Source: Rebecca billardiae RCC1528 (lineage: Eukaryota; Protista; Haptophyta). From it: a stretch of DNA of 64,000 nucleotides. This document shows positions 13,201 to 25,283 of this stretch, one piece after another. The notes below the pieces were generated by a model. The model saw only the letters and a program-made list of their open reading frames with translations, searched no databases and had not been told where the DNA came from. The translations under genes and the position numbers were made by a program. Location: NCBI GenBank assembly GCA_965240325.2, contig OZ251249.1, positions 434,001-498,000 of the forward strand, written 5' to 3'. Numbering within the stretch: the first letter of the stretch is position 1; every line of letters starts with the position of its first letter.

Positions 13201-13644
13201 CGCGTGCGAGCGGCAGGCACGCAAGCACGGCCCGCGCCGCGGCCGCGGCGCGCGGCGGCGCGCCGCACCTCATACGGCGAGTTGTGGATCACCGAGCCGT
13301 GCAGCACCTCGCCGAGGTTCTCGACGGCGTTGTACACCGCCTTGGGCTTGCAGAAGGGGAGCGAGTAGTAGTCGTACGGCAGCTGCGTCATCGTCGACGT
13401 CAGCTTGTTCACCTGCGCGCGGCGCGCGGCGCGGCGCAATCCCGCCGCGCGCACGCGCACGGTGAGCGGCCGCCGCACCGCGGCCGCGCGGGCGGCGCCG
13501 GCGAGCCGACCGGCGGCGCACCTTGATCTCCACCTTGTCGCCCTCCATGTACTCCTTCGGCGCGACGCCCGGCAGGTAGAAGCATCGCGCGCCGGGCACG
13601 AGCGCGAGCAGCAGCCCCGCCAGGCGCGAGGGACGAGGCGACAT
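10206..13644 (-). CDS. TM9SF: Transmembrane 9 superfamily (EMP70/nonaspanin, TM9SF2/4-like), multi-exon
   Basis: Signal peptide then [85 protein letters not shown], and C-terminal IYGAVKVD. Confidence 0.97.
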
Positions 13645-13841
13645 CGTGCGAGCGTTGACAGCGCAGACCGCGGCGGCGAGGGCTCGGGCCGCCGCGCGGC
13701 AAGGTTTCCCCGACGATGCTGTTGCCATTGTCAGCCAGCACAACAGTCACGTACAGTGTCCGACTAGCTAGCTAGTAGTAGACCGTACTGTATTGTACAG
13801 CTTTGAAGCTGCTCTGAGTCACTGAATGAGAATCTGCACTA

Positions 13842-15540
13842 CTCATACTAGTGATAGTGTAGTCGGCATCATCAGCAAGCAGACTTGTCGTAACATGCGC
13901 CGCGCTGATAATGAGACCCCATACCTAGCTATACTCTCAGCTAGATCGAGCTAGCAGCAGCAGCAGACTACTCGAGCCCACGAGACCCGGAGCAGCCGGC
14001 TATACGACGATCCCGACGCGACGAGATGACGAAGAATAAGACGACGGTCCCGCGACACCGCCTGATGACTCCTCACGCGCGAGGACGCTCACGATGCCGA
14101 TGGCGCCGAACTACCGCTGCTGCCGCGCTCAGGTACGCCGTGGCCACGAGGGTATGCGCGGGTGAGGGCTCGCAATAGTGCGCGCAGTCCTCTTTGAGAC
14201 CACTCCCGTCGCCCGTGTGCCACTCCCCGTGGCGCGCCAACGGCCGGTGCACGGGCAGCACGGGGACGGCGCGCGAGCGCATGATGGCATTCCCGGCGGT
14301 GTTGCGCCACTTCATGCGCGCCTCGTCCGCGGGGCCGAAGGCCGCCACGCACGAGCAGTTGTGCCCCGGCGGGGGGCGGACAAAGCGCGTCCCCGGGTCC
14401 GTGCTCGTGGTGCCAAAGTGGCGTGGCGTCGACTCTCGCCAGAGCATCGCGAGCGGCCGCACCGCGCGCGCGGACGCGCCCGGTGCCGGCGGCGCGCACG
14501 GAACGTTCTGGCTCGCCGGGTCGGCGAGGACGGCGCGCAGCTGGCGCAGGTCCGCGCTGTAGTCGCGCTCGGTGAGCTCGTTGCGATCCCGGCGCAGCAG
14601 CCCGTACGCGGTGTACCCGCACAAGTGACACTTCGCCACGCCGCGCCCTGTAGTCCCGTTGTGCCGGCCCTCGTCGTAAGCCCACCGGCGGCGCGGCGCA
14701 AACACGTGCTGCTCCGGGTGGTCGTGGTCGGGGGTGAGCGCGCGCGCGCTCGTGCACATCTCGGTGGTGAGGTCCGGCGGGCACGTGCGCGGCCACCCAT
14801 CCGCTGGCCCGTTGTACCACAGCCCCATGTTCCAGAACACCACGACTGGCACGTGCGCTCGTCTCTGCTGCGCGCACAGCGCGGTGCGCACGGCTTCGCG
14901 CAGCCCGATCTCGCTGCGCGGGATCACCGGGACGTACAGGTGGTGCGAGCTCAGACGGCCGCTGAGCGCGGGGTTGAGGCGGGCGACGTGCTTCAGCCAC
15001 GTCCTCCACTCGAAGAGCCAGGTGAGCGAGTCGCCCACGAGGACGAGGTGCAGGCCCTGCGCGAATGCGCCGCCAAAGTCGCTCGTCAGCGCGTCGTGCA
15101 CGAGCTCGGCGCAGCGGCCATCTCGTGGCACCGACCACTGGCCTGCATCCAGCCGGGTCAGGCTCATGTATGCGCTATCGCACGCGTAAGGGCCGTGACG
15201 CATCCATTGGACGAGCTTCTCTTGCACGCGTGTGCTGACGCGCGGAAGCAGGTGACGCCCGGCGGCAGCCGCGGCACTGCGCGTCCGACCGTCGACCCAT
15301 TCCATCCGCTCGATGCACGCGAGGGTCTGCGCGAGCGTATCGGGGGGCTTCTGCCTGTCTAATGCTGCCAGCCTCGAGGCCACGCCGATGATGCCGATGT
15401 GCGCATGGCACGGCAGAGCAGCGAGTAGTGACAAGGCTGCCACGGCGAGTCCCGCCAGGCGCGCCGCCATACCGTATCGTGATCGATTCGACGACTACCA
15501 AGACAGTGGTGCCGACTTCTTAAAAAAATCATAGAATGAG
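13842..15540. mobile_element. Putative TA-flanked TIR element carrying one intronless esterase/acetyltransferase gene
   Basis: Left TA|ctcatactagtgatagtgtagtcggca versus reverse complement of the right end TA|ctcattctatgatttttttaagaagtcggca: degenerate inverted match with TA outside both ends. Confidence 0.4.
14073..15470 (-). CDS. Secreted PC-esterase/TBL-like (GDS...DxxH) polysaccharide O-acyltransferase/esterase, intronless
   Basis: Signal peptide, LVLVGDSL, WNMGLW, WRESTPRHF and EDCAHYCEP match the TBL/PMR5 GDS and DCxHxC signatures. Confidence 0.8.
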   Translation of the reverse strand: MAARLAGLAVAALSLLAALPCHAHIGIIGVASRLAALDRQKPPDTLAQTLACIERMEWVDGRTRSAAAAAGRHLLPRVSTRVQEKLVQWMRHGPYACDSAYMSLTRLDAGQWSVPRDGRCAELVHDALTSDFGGAFAQGLHLVLVGDSLTWLFEWRTWLKHVARLNPALSGRLSSHHLYVPVIPRSEIGLREAVRTALCAQQRRAHVPVVVFWNMGLWYNGPADGWPRTCPPDLTTEMCTSARALTPDHDHPEQHVFAPRRRWAYDEGRHNGTTGRGVAKCHLCGYTAYGLLRRDRNELTERDYSADLRQLRAVLADPASQNVPCAPPAPGASARAVRPLAMLWRESTPRHFGTTSTDPGTRFVRPPPGHNCSCVAAFGPADEARMKWRNTAGNAIMRSRAVPVLPVHRPLARHGEWHTGDGSGLKEDCAHYCEPSPAHTLVATAYLSAAAAVVRRHRHRERPRA

Positions 15541-15607
15541 TATACGACAATCCTTAATCACGATGGCCGTCTCACGATGGCAGCCGGACGGCTTAGGGGC
15601 GCGGCGC

Positions 15608-18600
15608 CTACTCCTGCTCGCCCTCGCCACCACCGGCCTCGCCCTCGCCCTCGCCCTCCTGCGGCTGCGCGCCGCCCTGCGCCTCCGCCTCCTCCCTCTC
15701 CTGCTCCGCCGCCGCGCGCGCCGCCGCCTGCGCGGCCTGCGCCGCGACGGCCGCGTTGGCCGCCGCCTGCGCCTGCTGCTGCTCAAAGCCCTGCATCGTC
15801 GGCAGCTGCTCGCGCGAGGTGGGGCGGTGCAGCGCGGCGTCGGACGTGGCGGTGGAGCGCCCACCGCCGCCCGCCTGCAGCGCCGCGAGCTCGGTGCGCA
15901 GCCGCCGGATCTCCGCGTGCGCCGCCGCGAGCTGCTCCTCCTGCGCCTCCAGCTGCGAGCGCGCGGCCGCGAGCGCGGCGATGGAGCCAGTGCCGCCGCC
16001 GCCGCCGCCGCCGCCACCGCCGTCGCCCTTGGCGCCGGGCTTGCCCGTCGGCTGCATCGAGACGCCGCGCAGCTCGCGGCGCAGCTCGTTCACTTCCTGC
16101 GCCGCGCGCGCCGCGGGCCACGCGTGAGCACTCGCGCGCGCGCGCGCGGCAACGCGCCGTGATCCGGCGCGCGCGGCATGCCGCTCGGGGCTCGGCCCAA
16201 ACCCGCGCGGCGCGCGGCGGGCGCGGCGCGGCGGCTGACCTTGAGGAGGTGGACGTTCTCCTGCATCATGCGCCCGTTGTCCGCGCGGTGCAGCTCCATG
16301 TTCTTGTTCAGCTTGCTGCGCGCGCGCACACAGGAGGGGCGGCGTGCGCGGGCGGAGGGCCCCCGGGGGCAGTGAGCAGCGCGCGCGCGGCGGCGCGCGC
16401 TGCACCCGACCGCCCGCGCGCGCCCTCCTCCGCGCGTGCGCTGTCGCGCCGCATGCTGTCGTGTGCACCGCCCCGCTGTCGCGCGCACTGCCGTGCGGTG
16501 TCGCGTGGTGTGCTGTGGTGTGCTGTGCCGGGGTGCGGCGTGGTGCTGCGCTGCGCTGCGCTGCGCTGTGCTGGGCGTGTGCGCGGTGCGCTGTGCTGCG
16601 GGTGCGCGCCCTCTCTCGCACCGCTTGAGCGACTCGACCGACTTCTCGAGGTACTCGCGCTGCCTGGCGTACTCGGCCTGCAGGTCCTGCTCGAGCTTGG
16701 CGGAGGGCGCGTGGCCGTGCGCGTGGCGCTGGTACAGCGCCTTCACCGCCTCCTTCAGCGCCTTCGGGTCCTGCGGGGGGCGGGAGGGCGCGGCGCGCGG
16801 ACGGCGCGCGGCGCGCGTCGGCGCACGGTCGGGCACAGACGTGCTTGCGCGCGCCCGACGCGCGCGCAGCGCGCCGTCCGAGCACGCGCGCGCGGCCGCA
16901 CCTGCACGTGCTGGATGGTCTCGTGCAGCTCGTTCTTGAACGCGCGCAGCTGCGTCGCCGAGTCCGCCAGCTTGGTGCGCTGCGCCACCACCTCGCGCTG
17001 CAGCCCGTCCAGCCGCAGCTGCTGGTCGGTGATCGCGCGCTCCAGAGAGCCGGACTGGCGGTGGTAGCGCTCTGCGCACGCGCACGCACATACACGTGGG
17101 TACGTATGGGTAGGGGTAGGGGAAGGGGTAGCGGTTAGGGCGGCTGGCAGGTGGGCGCGGGCCGAGGTGGCTCACGCCCGTCCAGGCTCCAGGGCGTGCA
17201 CGGGTAGGGTCGGGCCGAGGGGCGCAGGGCGCGCGTTGCGTGCGCGCGCGCGCGCGCGCGCGTGCGCGTGTGCGTGTGCATGCGCGTGCGCGCACCGAGC
17301 TCGGCGTCCATCTCCTTGATCTGCGCGCGCATGTCGAGCAGCTCAACCTCGCGCGGCTCGATCTGCTTCTTAAGCTCCTTGATCTTGTAGTCGAGGACGA
17401 ACTTGAACTTCTCGAGCTCCTGCGCACCGCCGGCGCGCGCGGCGAGGGGAGACCGCGCGCCGCGCCGTGAGCGCGCGGCCGCGGTGCGCGTGCGAGCGCG
17501 CGCCGCGCGCGCGTGCCTGGTTCTTCTTCTTGAGGTCGTAGATGCGCTTCTCCTTGTCGGCGATCGTGTCGTCGCGCTCGCGTATCTCCTTCTTGAGCCC
17601 GACGATGTCCTTCCCCTGCGAGGCGATCTCTGCGTGCAGCCCCTTGGCCGTGTCGTACAGCCCCTGGATTTGTTCCTTCTGCTCCTCGATTTCTTTTTGC
17701 AGGGAGGCGAATTTCTTATTCATGATGCCGTTCTCGCCCTTGAGCCGCAGCGCCTCGGAGCGCTCGTGCGCGAGGCGCGCCTCGTACTTGGCCTTCAGCT
17801 CGTCCACCTCGCGGTCCACGTCGTCCTCGATCTGCCGCCGCGTCTCCTCGAACGTGAGCTGCGCGCGCAAGCGGGCGCGTGCGTGCGCGTGCGCGCGCGT
17901 GAGCGTGCGTGTGCGCGGTTGCGCGCGCATGCGTGTGTGCGTGCGTGTGTGTGTGCGTGTGCGTGCGCGAGCGGCCGGGCGGAGGGCGCAGGGCACGGCG
18001 CCGCCCTCCCCGCCCCTCGCGTGCGCACCCCCATCCCCTCCCCCCCGCCCCCCCCCGCCCCCCCTCACCTCCAGCTCCGACTTCTCCTCGCGCACGCGCT
18101 CGAGCACGAGGGCATCCTCCTGCAGCTTGGCGTCATACTCATCGGTGAGCTCCTGCAGGGCGCGCTCGTGGCCCTCGTTGAGGAGGGCGTGCTGCTCCTG
18201 CCACCGCTCGGTGAGCATGTCCTTCTCCGCCGAGAGGGACTGGTACCGCTCCACCTGCTCGGCGCACGGCGGCGGCGGCGCGCGTGGCGTCAGCGTGCAC
18301 GCGCGCGCGCGCACCGTCGCACTGTGCGGTGCTGCGCGGTGCTCTGCTGCGGTGCGGTGCTGCGCGGTGCTGCGCGCGGCGTTGGCTCAGATGGGCTGAA
18401 ACAGTCGGTTCTCCGCACGTCGCCCCCGGAGGGACGACTCGGTTGCCTTAACCTATAGAGTGTTTGCTTCCTCAGCGCCAGCGCCGCGCGTGGCACACAC
18501 ACACAGGGGCACACACAATGCGCGCAACGGCGCGCACGCGCGCGCGCGCGCTCGGCGCGGCGGTGCGCGCACCTCCGCCATGATCTTCTGCTGGTACGTC

Positions 18601-21250
18601 GCCTCCGTCGCCTGCAGCGTGTTGTCGTGCCGCCCCTCCAGCGCGCGCAGCTTCTCCTCGTACTCCAGCTCCACGTCGTTCTTCGCCTGCAGCAGCAGCT
18701 CATAGTTGCGCTTGTCCGCCTCCAGCTCGGTCGAGAACTTCTCGGAAACTTCCTTGAGCTTCTCCGCGTGGTTGAGCTCCTTGATGCGCAGCTGCGGCCG
18801 AGGGGCGCGCGCGCGCGCGCGAGGGAGCGAAGGCGCGGCGGCGTGAGCGCGCGCTGCTGCCGGCAGCCGCGCGCCGCGCCGCGCTCCGCACCGCGCCACG
18901 GGCGGCGCGCAAGGGAGTCGGCGGCCGCGCGCGTGGGTGCGCGGCGCACCTGGTAGTCGTTCTGCGACTGCAGGTCCTCGACCTTTGAGCGCAGCTCCGT
19001 CATCTGCTGCGCCTTCTCCTCGAGGTCCGACTTGGTGACCAGCACCTCCTCGGCCCACGGCAGCGCCTCCTTGTCGCGCTTGGTGGCGCCCACGCGCCCG
19101 TCCCTGTCCCGCACCTCGCACACGTACACGCAGCCGTCCTCGCCGACCGAGAAGAGGAACGAGTCGTCGTGGGACATGCGCAGCCGAGAGACGCCGCCCC
19201 CGGCCACGTGCAGCGCCACGTCCGTCCACTCGCCCGACAGCGGGAACTTGAACGAGCGCACCGCGCCCGTGTCGAGCCCGGCGAAGAGCATCCGGCCCGA
19301 GTGCGAGATGACGACCTGCTGCGCGACCGCGCTCAGCTCGTACTCCTTGGGCGTGTCGCCGACGATCTCGCGCAGCTTGGCGTCCGAGCCGACCGCAAAG
19401 ATGGAGCGTGCGTCCGCCGTGCACGCGCAGGACGTGTACGCGCACGTCTTGAGCACGTTCTCGCCGACGCGCTTGAAGTCCTTGAGCGACCACTCGTACA
19501 CCGCGCCGTCCGTGCCGCACGAGATCAGCTTGGAGTCGTCGGGCGTCCACGAGAGCGAGCGCACCTTGTTGTTGTGCCCGCGCAGGTTGCCGATGTTGTC
19601 GCACGTGTGTGTCGCGTACACCTGGATCGTGTTGCCGTTGACCGCGGCAAAGAGGTGGCCGCCGTTGGAGAAGCGACACTCCCTGCACGCGCGGATCGCC
19701 AGCTCCTTGTACGGCCGGATGTCGTCCATCAGCAGGTTCATCAGCCGCAGCTTGTCCGAGAAGCCCACGAGCACGAACAGCCCCGACACGTGGAACGCGA
19801 CGGAGTGCGCCTCCTCGGTGAACGTCTTGGCCAGCTCGACCGAGCGCTCGAGGTAGTTCCATACGCGCACGGTGTGGTCGCGGCCGCACGTCGCGATCAG
19901 CGGCTTGCGCACGCACGTGTCGAGGCCCGTCACGTGGCCCGAGTGGAACGCCTGCGCGAGCGGCTCGAAGTTGAACTCGTCGGGCTTGAGGATGTCCAGG
20001 TTGGAGAGCGGCAGCGTGAACAGCTGCGCGGACGCGAGCGAGCACAGCAGCTGCTCCTCCGACGGCGAGACCGCCAGCGTGGACACGCGCGTGTGCATGC
20101 CCTCCAGCCGGAAGGACTGCGCGCCGAGGCGGGCGGGGCGCGGGCGCGGGGGCGCGCGCTCAGCGAGAGGGCCACGCGCGAGGCCGCGCGCCGCCGCCGC
20201 CGCCACTGCGCGCGCATGCGCGTGCGCGTGCGCGTGTGCGTGCGCCCCCCACCTTGGTGCGTCGGAAGAGCTCGCGCTCCTCCGTGCGCTCGAACGCGTG
20301 CACCACGCCGCCGTCCGACGCGCAGAGGAAGCCCTTCGAGTAGGGCGCGATCGCGTCGATGGCGTTCTGATCGGCGGGCGAGTGCGCGAGCTCGAGGCGG
20401 AACTCGCCCGAGTCGATCACGAGCAGGTTGCCCGAGTCCGTCCCCAGCAGCACGCGGTCGTCTGCCAGCCACGCGTGGCACGTGTACAGCTGGGGCTCGC
20501 GCCGGCCCATGGACGCCGGGATCGGCTTGAGCGTCGAGTCCTGCGGGGCACGCGGCGGGGGGCGCACGGCGGGGGGAGGAAGGGCGGGCGGGTGAGCGGC
20601 GGCGTTGGCGAGCCGGCTCCCCCCCCGCGCGCGCGCACACACGCGCACACACGCGCACACACACGCACCTGCACGCGGCAGAACTTGCAGATGCCGTTGC
20701 CCGTCACGCAGATGGCGGTGTGGTCGAAGGGGGAGAAGGAGGCCTGGCGGATCTCGGCGTGCTGCGGGTTGGAGACGCGCAGGTGCGCCGTCGGCGGCTT
20801 CCCCTTCTCCCACGCCCACACGCACAGCGTCCAGTCCGGCGCGCCGTGCATGGAGAGCAGCGACTTGGAGTCGTGCCCGAACGCGAGGCCCACCAGGTCG
20901 CGCGACTCGACCTCGGTGGGCGGCGGCGGGAGGGTGCGCCGCTTGCGCAGCGTGTGCAGGTCGTAGACCGTGATCGTCGGCTTGTCCATCGCGCGCTCCG
21001 GCCGCTCGGCGATCGCGACGAACTTGCGGTTGTTCGAGACGGCCATCGCGATGATGCCCTGCGAGCCCTCCGCGCCCGCGATGAACTTCTGCGAGCGCTG
21101 CTCGGTGTTGTGGATGACGAGGTTGGCGCCGGCGGGGAAGATGCACGTCTGCTCGTCGAGGTACGCCACATTGTCCACCACGTCCGCCTTCACGCCGAAC
21201 ACGTGCCGCGGCGTCACGGTCGCATTGCCGGTGGTCGACGCGCCGCTCAT
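15608..21250 (-). CDS. CFAP57: Cilia- and flagella-associated protein 57 (WDR65), multi-exon
   Basis: N-terminal PRHVFG; WD40 repeats with [46 protein letters not shown]; C-terminal coiled coil with [35 protein letters not shown]. Confidence 0.95.
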
Positions 21251-21264
21251 CGCGACACGCGCAC

Positions 21265-21301
<37 letters not shown>

Positions 21302-22051
21302 AGGCTCGGGGCGGCCGCGCGGGCGGCGGCGGCGGTGGCCGAGCGACGCGCCGGGGCGACGGCTCCCCGCGCCCTCCGCGTCGAAGACGCGCGCGCGCTC
21401 ACACGAGCGGCGCGAGCCTCCTCACGCAAACGCCTGGCTTGCCGTGGCAGCTCAGGCAGCCATCGATGGCCCGCTCAAAACCGTAACGCTGCGCGGGCGG
21501 TTTGAGGGTTTTTTTTCCTCTATTCGTCGCCGAAAACTCAAAAACTCTACGGAGGGGTTTTTAATACTTTTTTCGGTCGGCCAGCTCGTCACCATTTTCA
21601 ATTCGATCCCTACGCGCCTGGAGAAGCGATCTCAGACCGAAGCACATATCGACGTTACAAGTGCCAATCGGTCCGGCCGCTCGCTGATTGGCGCTTCACG
21701 AGGGGCACTACCACAGCTGTGCATGGGACGAAGTACAAGTGTTACGTATGTACCCGCGGCCAGGCTGAAAGTCGTAAACAAGCCCAGCGCAGTGCTTGCT
21801 GGGCCACGGCCGAACTCTGAGTCAGCACATCAGCAGGCACACGGCGGCCTGGCGTGCTGCGGCGCGCATTCATCCGGCGCAGCGGACGTGCGCGCGGCGA
21901 CCGGCGGAGTCGGCGACGGGCGTGTGGGCTGGTGCGTGCGAGCGGGTGTCGCACGCGCGTGGAGCCTGAACCTCCACCCGTGGCGTGAGCGCACCGGTGA
22001 GCGCAGCAGCACTCGCGTGACGCTTGCACTCTAGGCCGGCGCGCCGGGGCG

Positions 22052-24515
22052 ATGGCGGCAAACGGGAGCCCACAGTGGCGCTTCCGCCAAATATTCGGCG
22101 AGCGAGATCCGTCCGAGGAGACAGCTGAGGGTGCGCGCCCGCCTCGCCCCGCGCGGCGCCAGCCAGCCCGCCGTGCGCGCGCGCGCGCGGCCGGGCAGCC
22201 GTACGGCGGCAGCCATCCTGAGCGGTGCCGGATGCGCGCGCACGTGCGCGCACGCGCGCACCCGCGCCGCGCGCGCGCAGAGGACCTCATCTCCGCCGTC
22301 GAGTTCAACGAGGATGGCACCTACCTGGCAACCGGCGACCGCGGAGGCCGCATCGTCATCTTCGAGAGCTCGGAGATGGACGGCGTGCCCAAGGGCAACG
22401 GGCAGGGCATGCGCACGCGCCCTCGGTACGACGGCGACGGCGGCGAGTCGCGCCGCTCGGCGGCAGCGCGCGTGGAGTACCGCTTCTACTGCGAGTTCCA
22501 GTCGCACGAGCCCGAGTTCGACTACCTCAAATCCCTCGAGATCGAGGAGCGGATCAACAAGATCCGCTGGTGCGGGGGGTACGCGGGCAGCCGCTGCCTG
22601 CTGTCCACCAACGACAAGACGATCAAGCTGTGGAAGGTGCGCGCGCACTGCTGCGCGCACCGCGCACCGCGCACCGCGCACCGAGCACCGCGGCGCCGCA
22701 CAGCGGCAGAGCACGCCGCGTGGACGGTGCACCGCGGATGGCGCGCCGCGGGCGGCGCCACGTGCGCAGCACAGCGCACTGCCGCGCGCTCGGCGCACCA
22801 GCGCACCAGCGCCGCCGCGCGCCGGAGGGCCGATGCGGCCGGGCGAGGGGGCGGTGCGCGGACGTGCCGTCCGGCGACGACGCGGCAGCGCGCGAGGCGG
22901 TGCCAGCCGGGGGCAGGCGGGCGCGGGTGGCGGGCGCGGGCGTCCGCGCCCGGCGTTCGCTCACCGCGCCGCGCCCCACCGCCCGCCGCCGCCCCGCCCC
23001 CGCCGCGCAGATCTACGAGAAGAAGGTGAAGCTGGTCACCGCCATCAACACGGAGGGGCGCGGCGCGGGCGGCGGCGGCGCGGTGCTCGCCGCCGCCGCG
23101 GGCGGCGGCGCGCCGCTCTCGATGGCGTCGCTGCGCATGCCGACGATCACGCCGCACGACGTGATCGTGACGGCGATGCCCAAGCGCGTGTACGCCAACG
23201 GCCACGCCTACCACATCAACTCGATCGGCACCAACTGCGATGGCGAGACGTTCCTCTCCGCCGACGACCTGCGCATCAACCTGTGGCACCTCGCGTCCAC
23301 AGACGTCTGCTTCAACATCGTCGACATCAAGCCGGCGGACATGGAGGACCTGTCCGAGGTGATCACGGGCGCGGAGTTCCACCCGAGCGCGTGCGCGCTC
23401 TTCGCGTACAGCTCGAGCAAGGGCTCGATCCGGCTGGGCGACATGCGCCAGCGCGCGCTGTGCGACACGCACGCCAAGGTGCGCGCGGCGCGCGCTCACC
23501 GGCCCCGCGGCGCGCGCCCACTGGGCGCGCGCCGCGCCGCGCCGCGCCGGGGCGAGCGCGCGCGCGCGGGATGCGCTGCGCGGCCCGGCGCGTGACCGCG
23601 GTGGAGCCCGCGCGCACCCGCGTGGCCGCGCGCGCGCAGCTCTTCGACGAGGGCGCCGCCGTGCGCTCCTCCTTCTTCTCCGAGGTCGTCTCCTCCGTCT
23701 CCGACATCAAGTTCTCCGCGGACGGTCGCTACATCCTCTCGCGCGGTGAGCGGCGCGGCGCGGCGGCGGGGAGCTCGCGTGGCGGCGCGCGGCGTGAAGC
23801 CGTGCGCGGCGGCGCACGGCCGGCAGGGCTAGAAGGGGCGGTGGGAAGGCGCGGGGGTGCCGCCCGGCGGCTGCGGCCTGCCGTATGCTCCCCCTGCGCC
23901 CTGGCTACACGGGCCGAGCCTCACGAGAGAACCCTCACGAGAGAGCCGCGCCCGCTGCCCCCGTGTGTGCGCGTGCGCGTGTGTGCGTGTGTGCAGACTA
24001 CATGACGCTCAAGCTGTGGGACGTGGCGATGGAGAGGGCGCCGGTGCTCACGCTCGACGTGCACGACCACCTGCGCGCCAAGCTGTGCGAGCTCTACGAG
24101 AACGACCTCATCTTCGACCGCTTCGAGTGCGGCTGGTCGGGTGACGGCAAGCTGGTGACTGGCTCCTACCACCGAAGGGTGCACGTCTTTGACGCGGACG
24201 GCTCGCAGAGGGTGACGGTCGAGACGGACAAGCACGCGACGCCGAGCGTGACGCAGCTGCGCTCGCCGCGCCGGGCGAAGGCGAACGCGCCGCCCGACGG
24301 GCCGGTGGATGGGGTGCGCGCGCGCGGCCCCACGCCCGCGCGCCGCGTCGGCCGGCCGCGCGCTCACGCGCCGCGTGCCGCGTCGCGCATCGGCGCCTGC
24401 CGTCCTTCCCCCTCCCTCGCAGCAATCCAAGATCCTCTTCCATTCGCACCATCCGCAGCTCGACCTGCTCGCCATCGCCGCCTCCAACTCGTTGTACATC
24501 TTCGCCGCGAGCTAG
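22052..24515 (+). CDS. PPP2R2: Protein phosphatase 2A regulatory subunit B (B55/CDC55), multi-exon
   Basis: [96 protein letters not shown]. Confidence 0.97.
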
Positions 24516-25283
24516 GCAGCCCTGGCTGCTGCGCGCGGCGCCGCTGGGTTGGAGGCGGGGCGAGGCGGGCGCCACCCGTCAGCCGAGTCGGACTGAGCCG
24601 AGGCCGGGGCGCGGCGAGCGCTGCGGATCATGCCGCGCCAGCCAATGCCCGCGGAGATCGTCTCGCGTCTGGGCGGGGCCACGGACGGGTGCGGGGCCCG
24701 TGGCCTCTGTGGGAGGCGCGCAGCAAAGCCGGCACTCGTCGCCGGGCGAGCACCACGCCGCGAGCGGCGTGGCCGTGCGGTGGCGATCTTCGGCAGCGCC
24801 GGCAGGCGGCACGACTCCGTCCTCGTGCCACGATGATGATGACGATCGTAGTCGATAGGCTGCGCACGCGCCGATATGACGGCGCAGACGACTGCTGCTG
24901 GTATAGTACGAGCAGCAGTAGTGCTGATGATGTTGAGATCTAGCAGCGCAGTCGTATTAGACTAGCTGAGGAGCCGACGTCTGATGGTCGATCGTAGACT
25001 ACTCGCAGTGACACAGTGACCGTCAGTGAGCCCCCGGCCGTCGCCCGTTGGTTGCTGTCGACTGTCGTGTCGGACGCCACGATCGGCATCGTGCGGCTGG
25101 CGTAAAAATCGTCAGCAGCATTTTTATTGCGGTTTTCAGAATCGAATTCATCAGCAATCGTTCGTCGATCAACGGTGCGATCATCACGATCGTTCAAACG
25201 ACGAACGCGGTCAAAGCCCGACGCGGACGCCCGCCGCCGCTTCCCGCCGCGCGCACACGTCACGAGCCAGCTGCGCACGTGTC

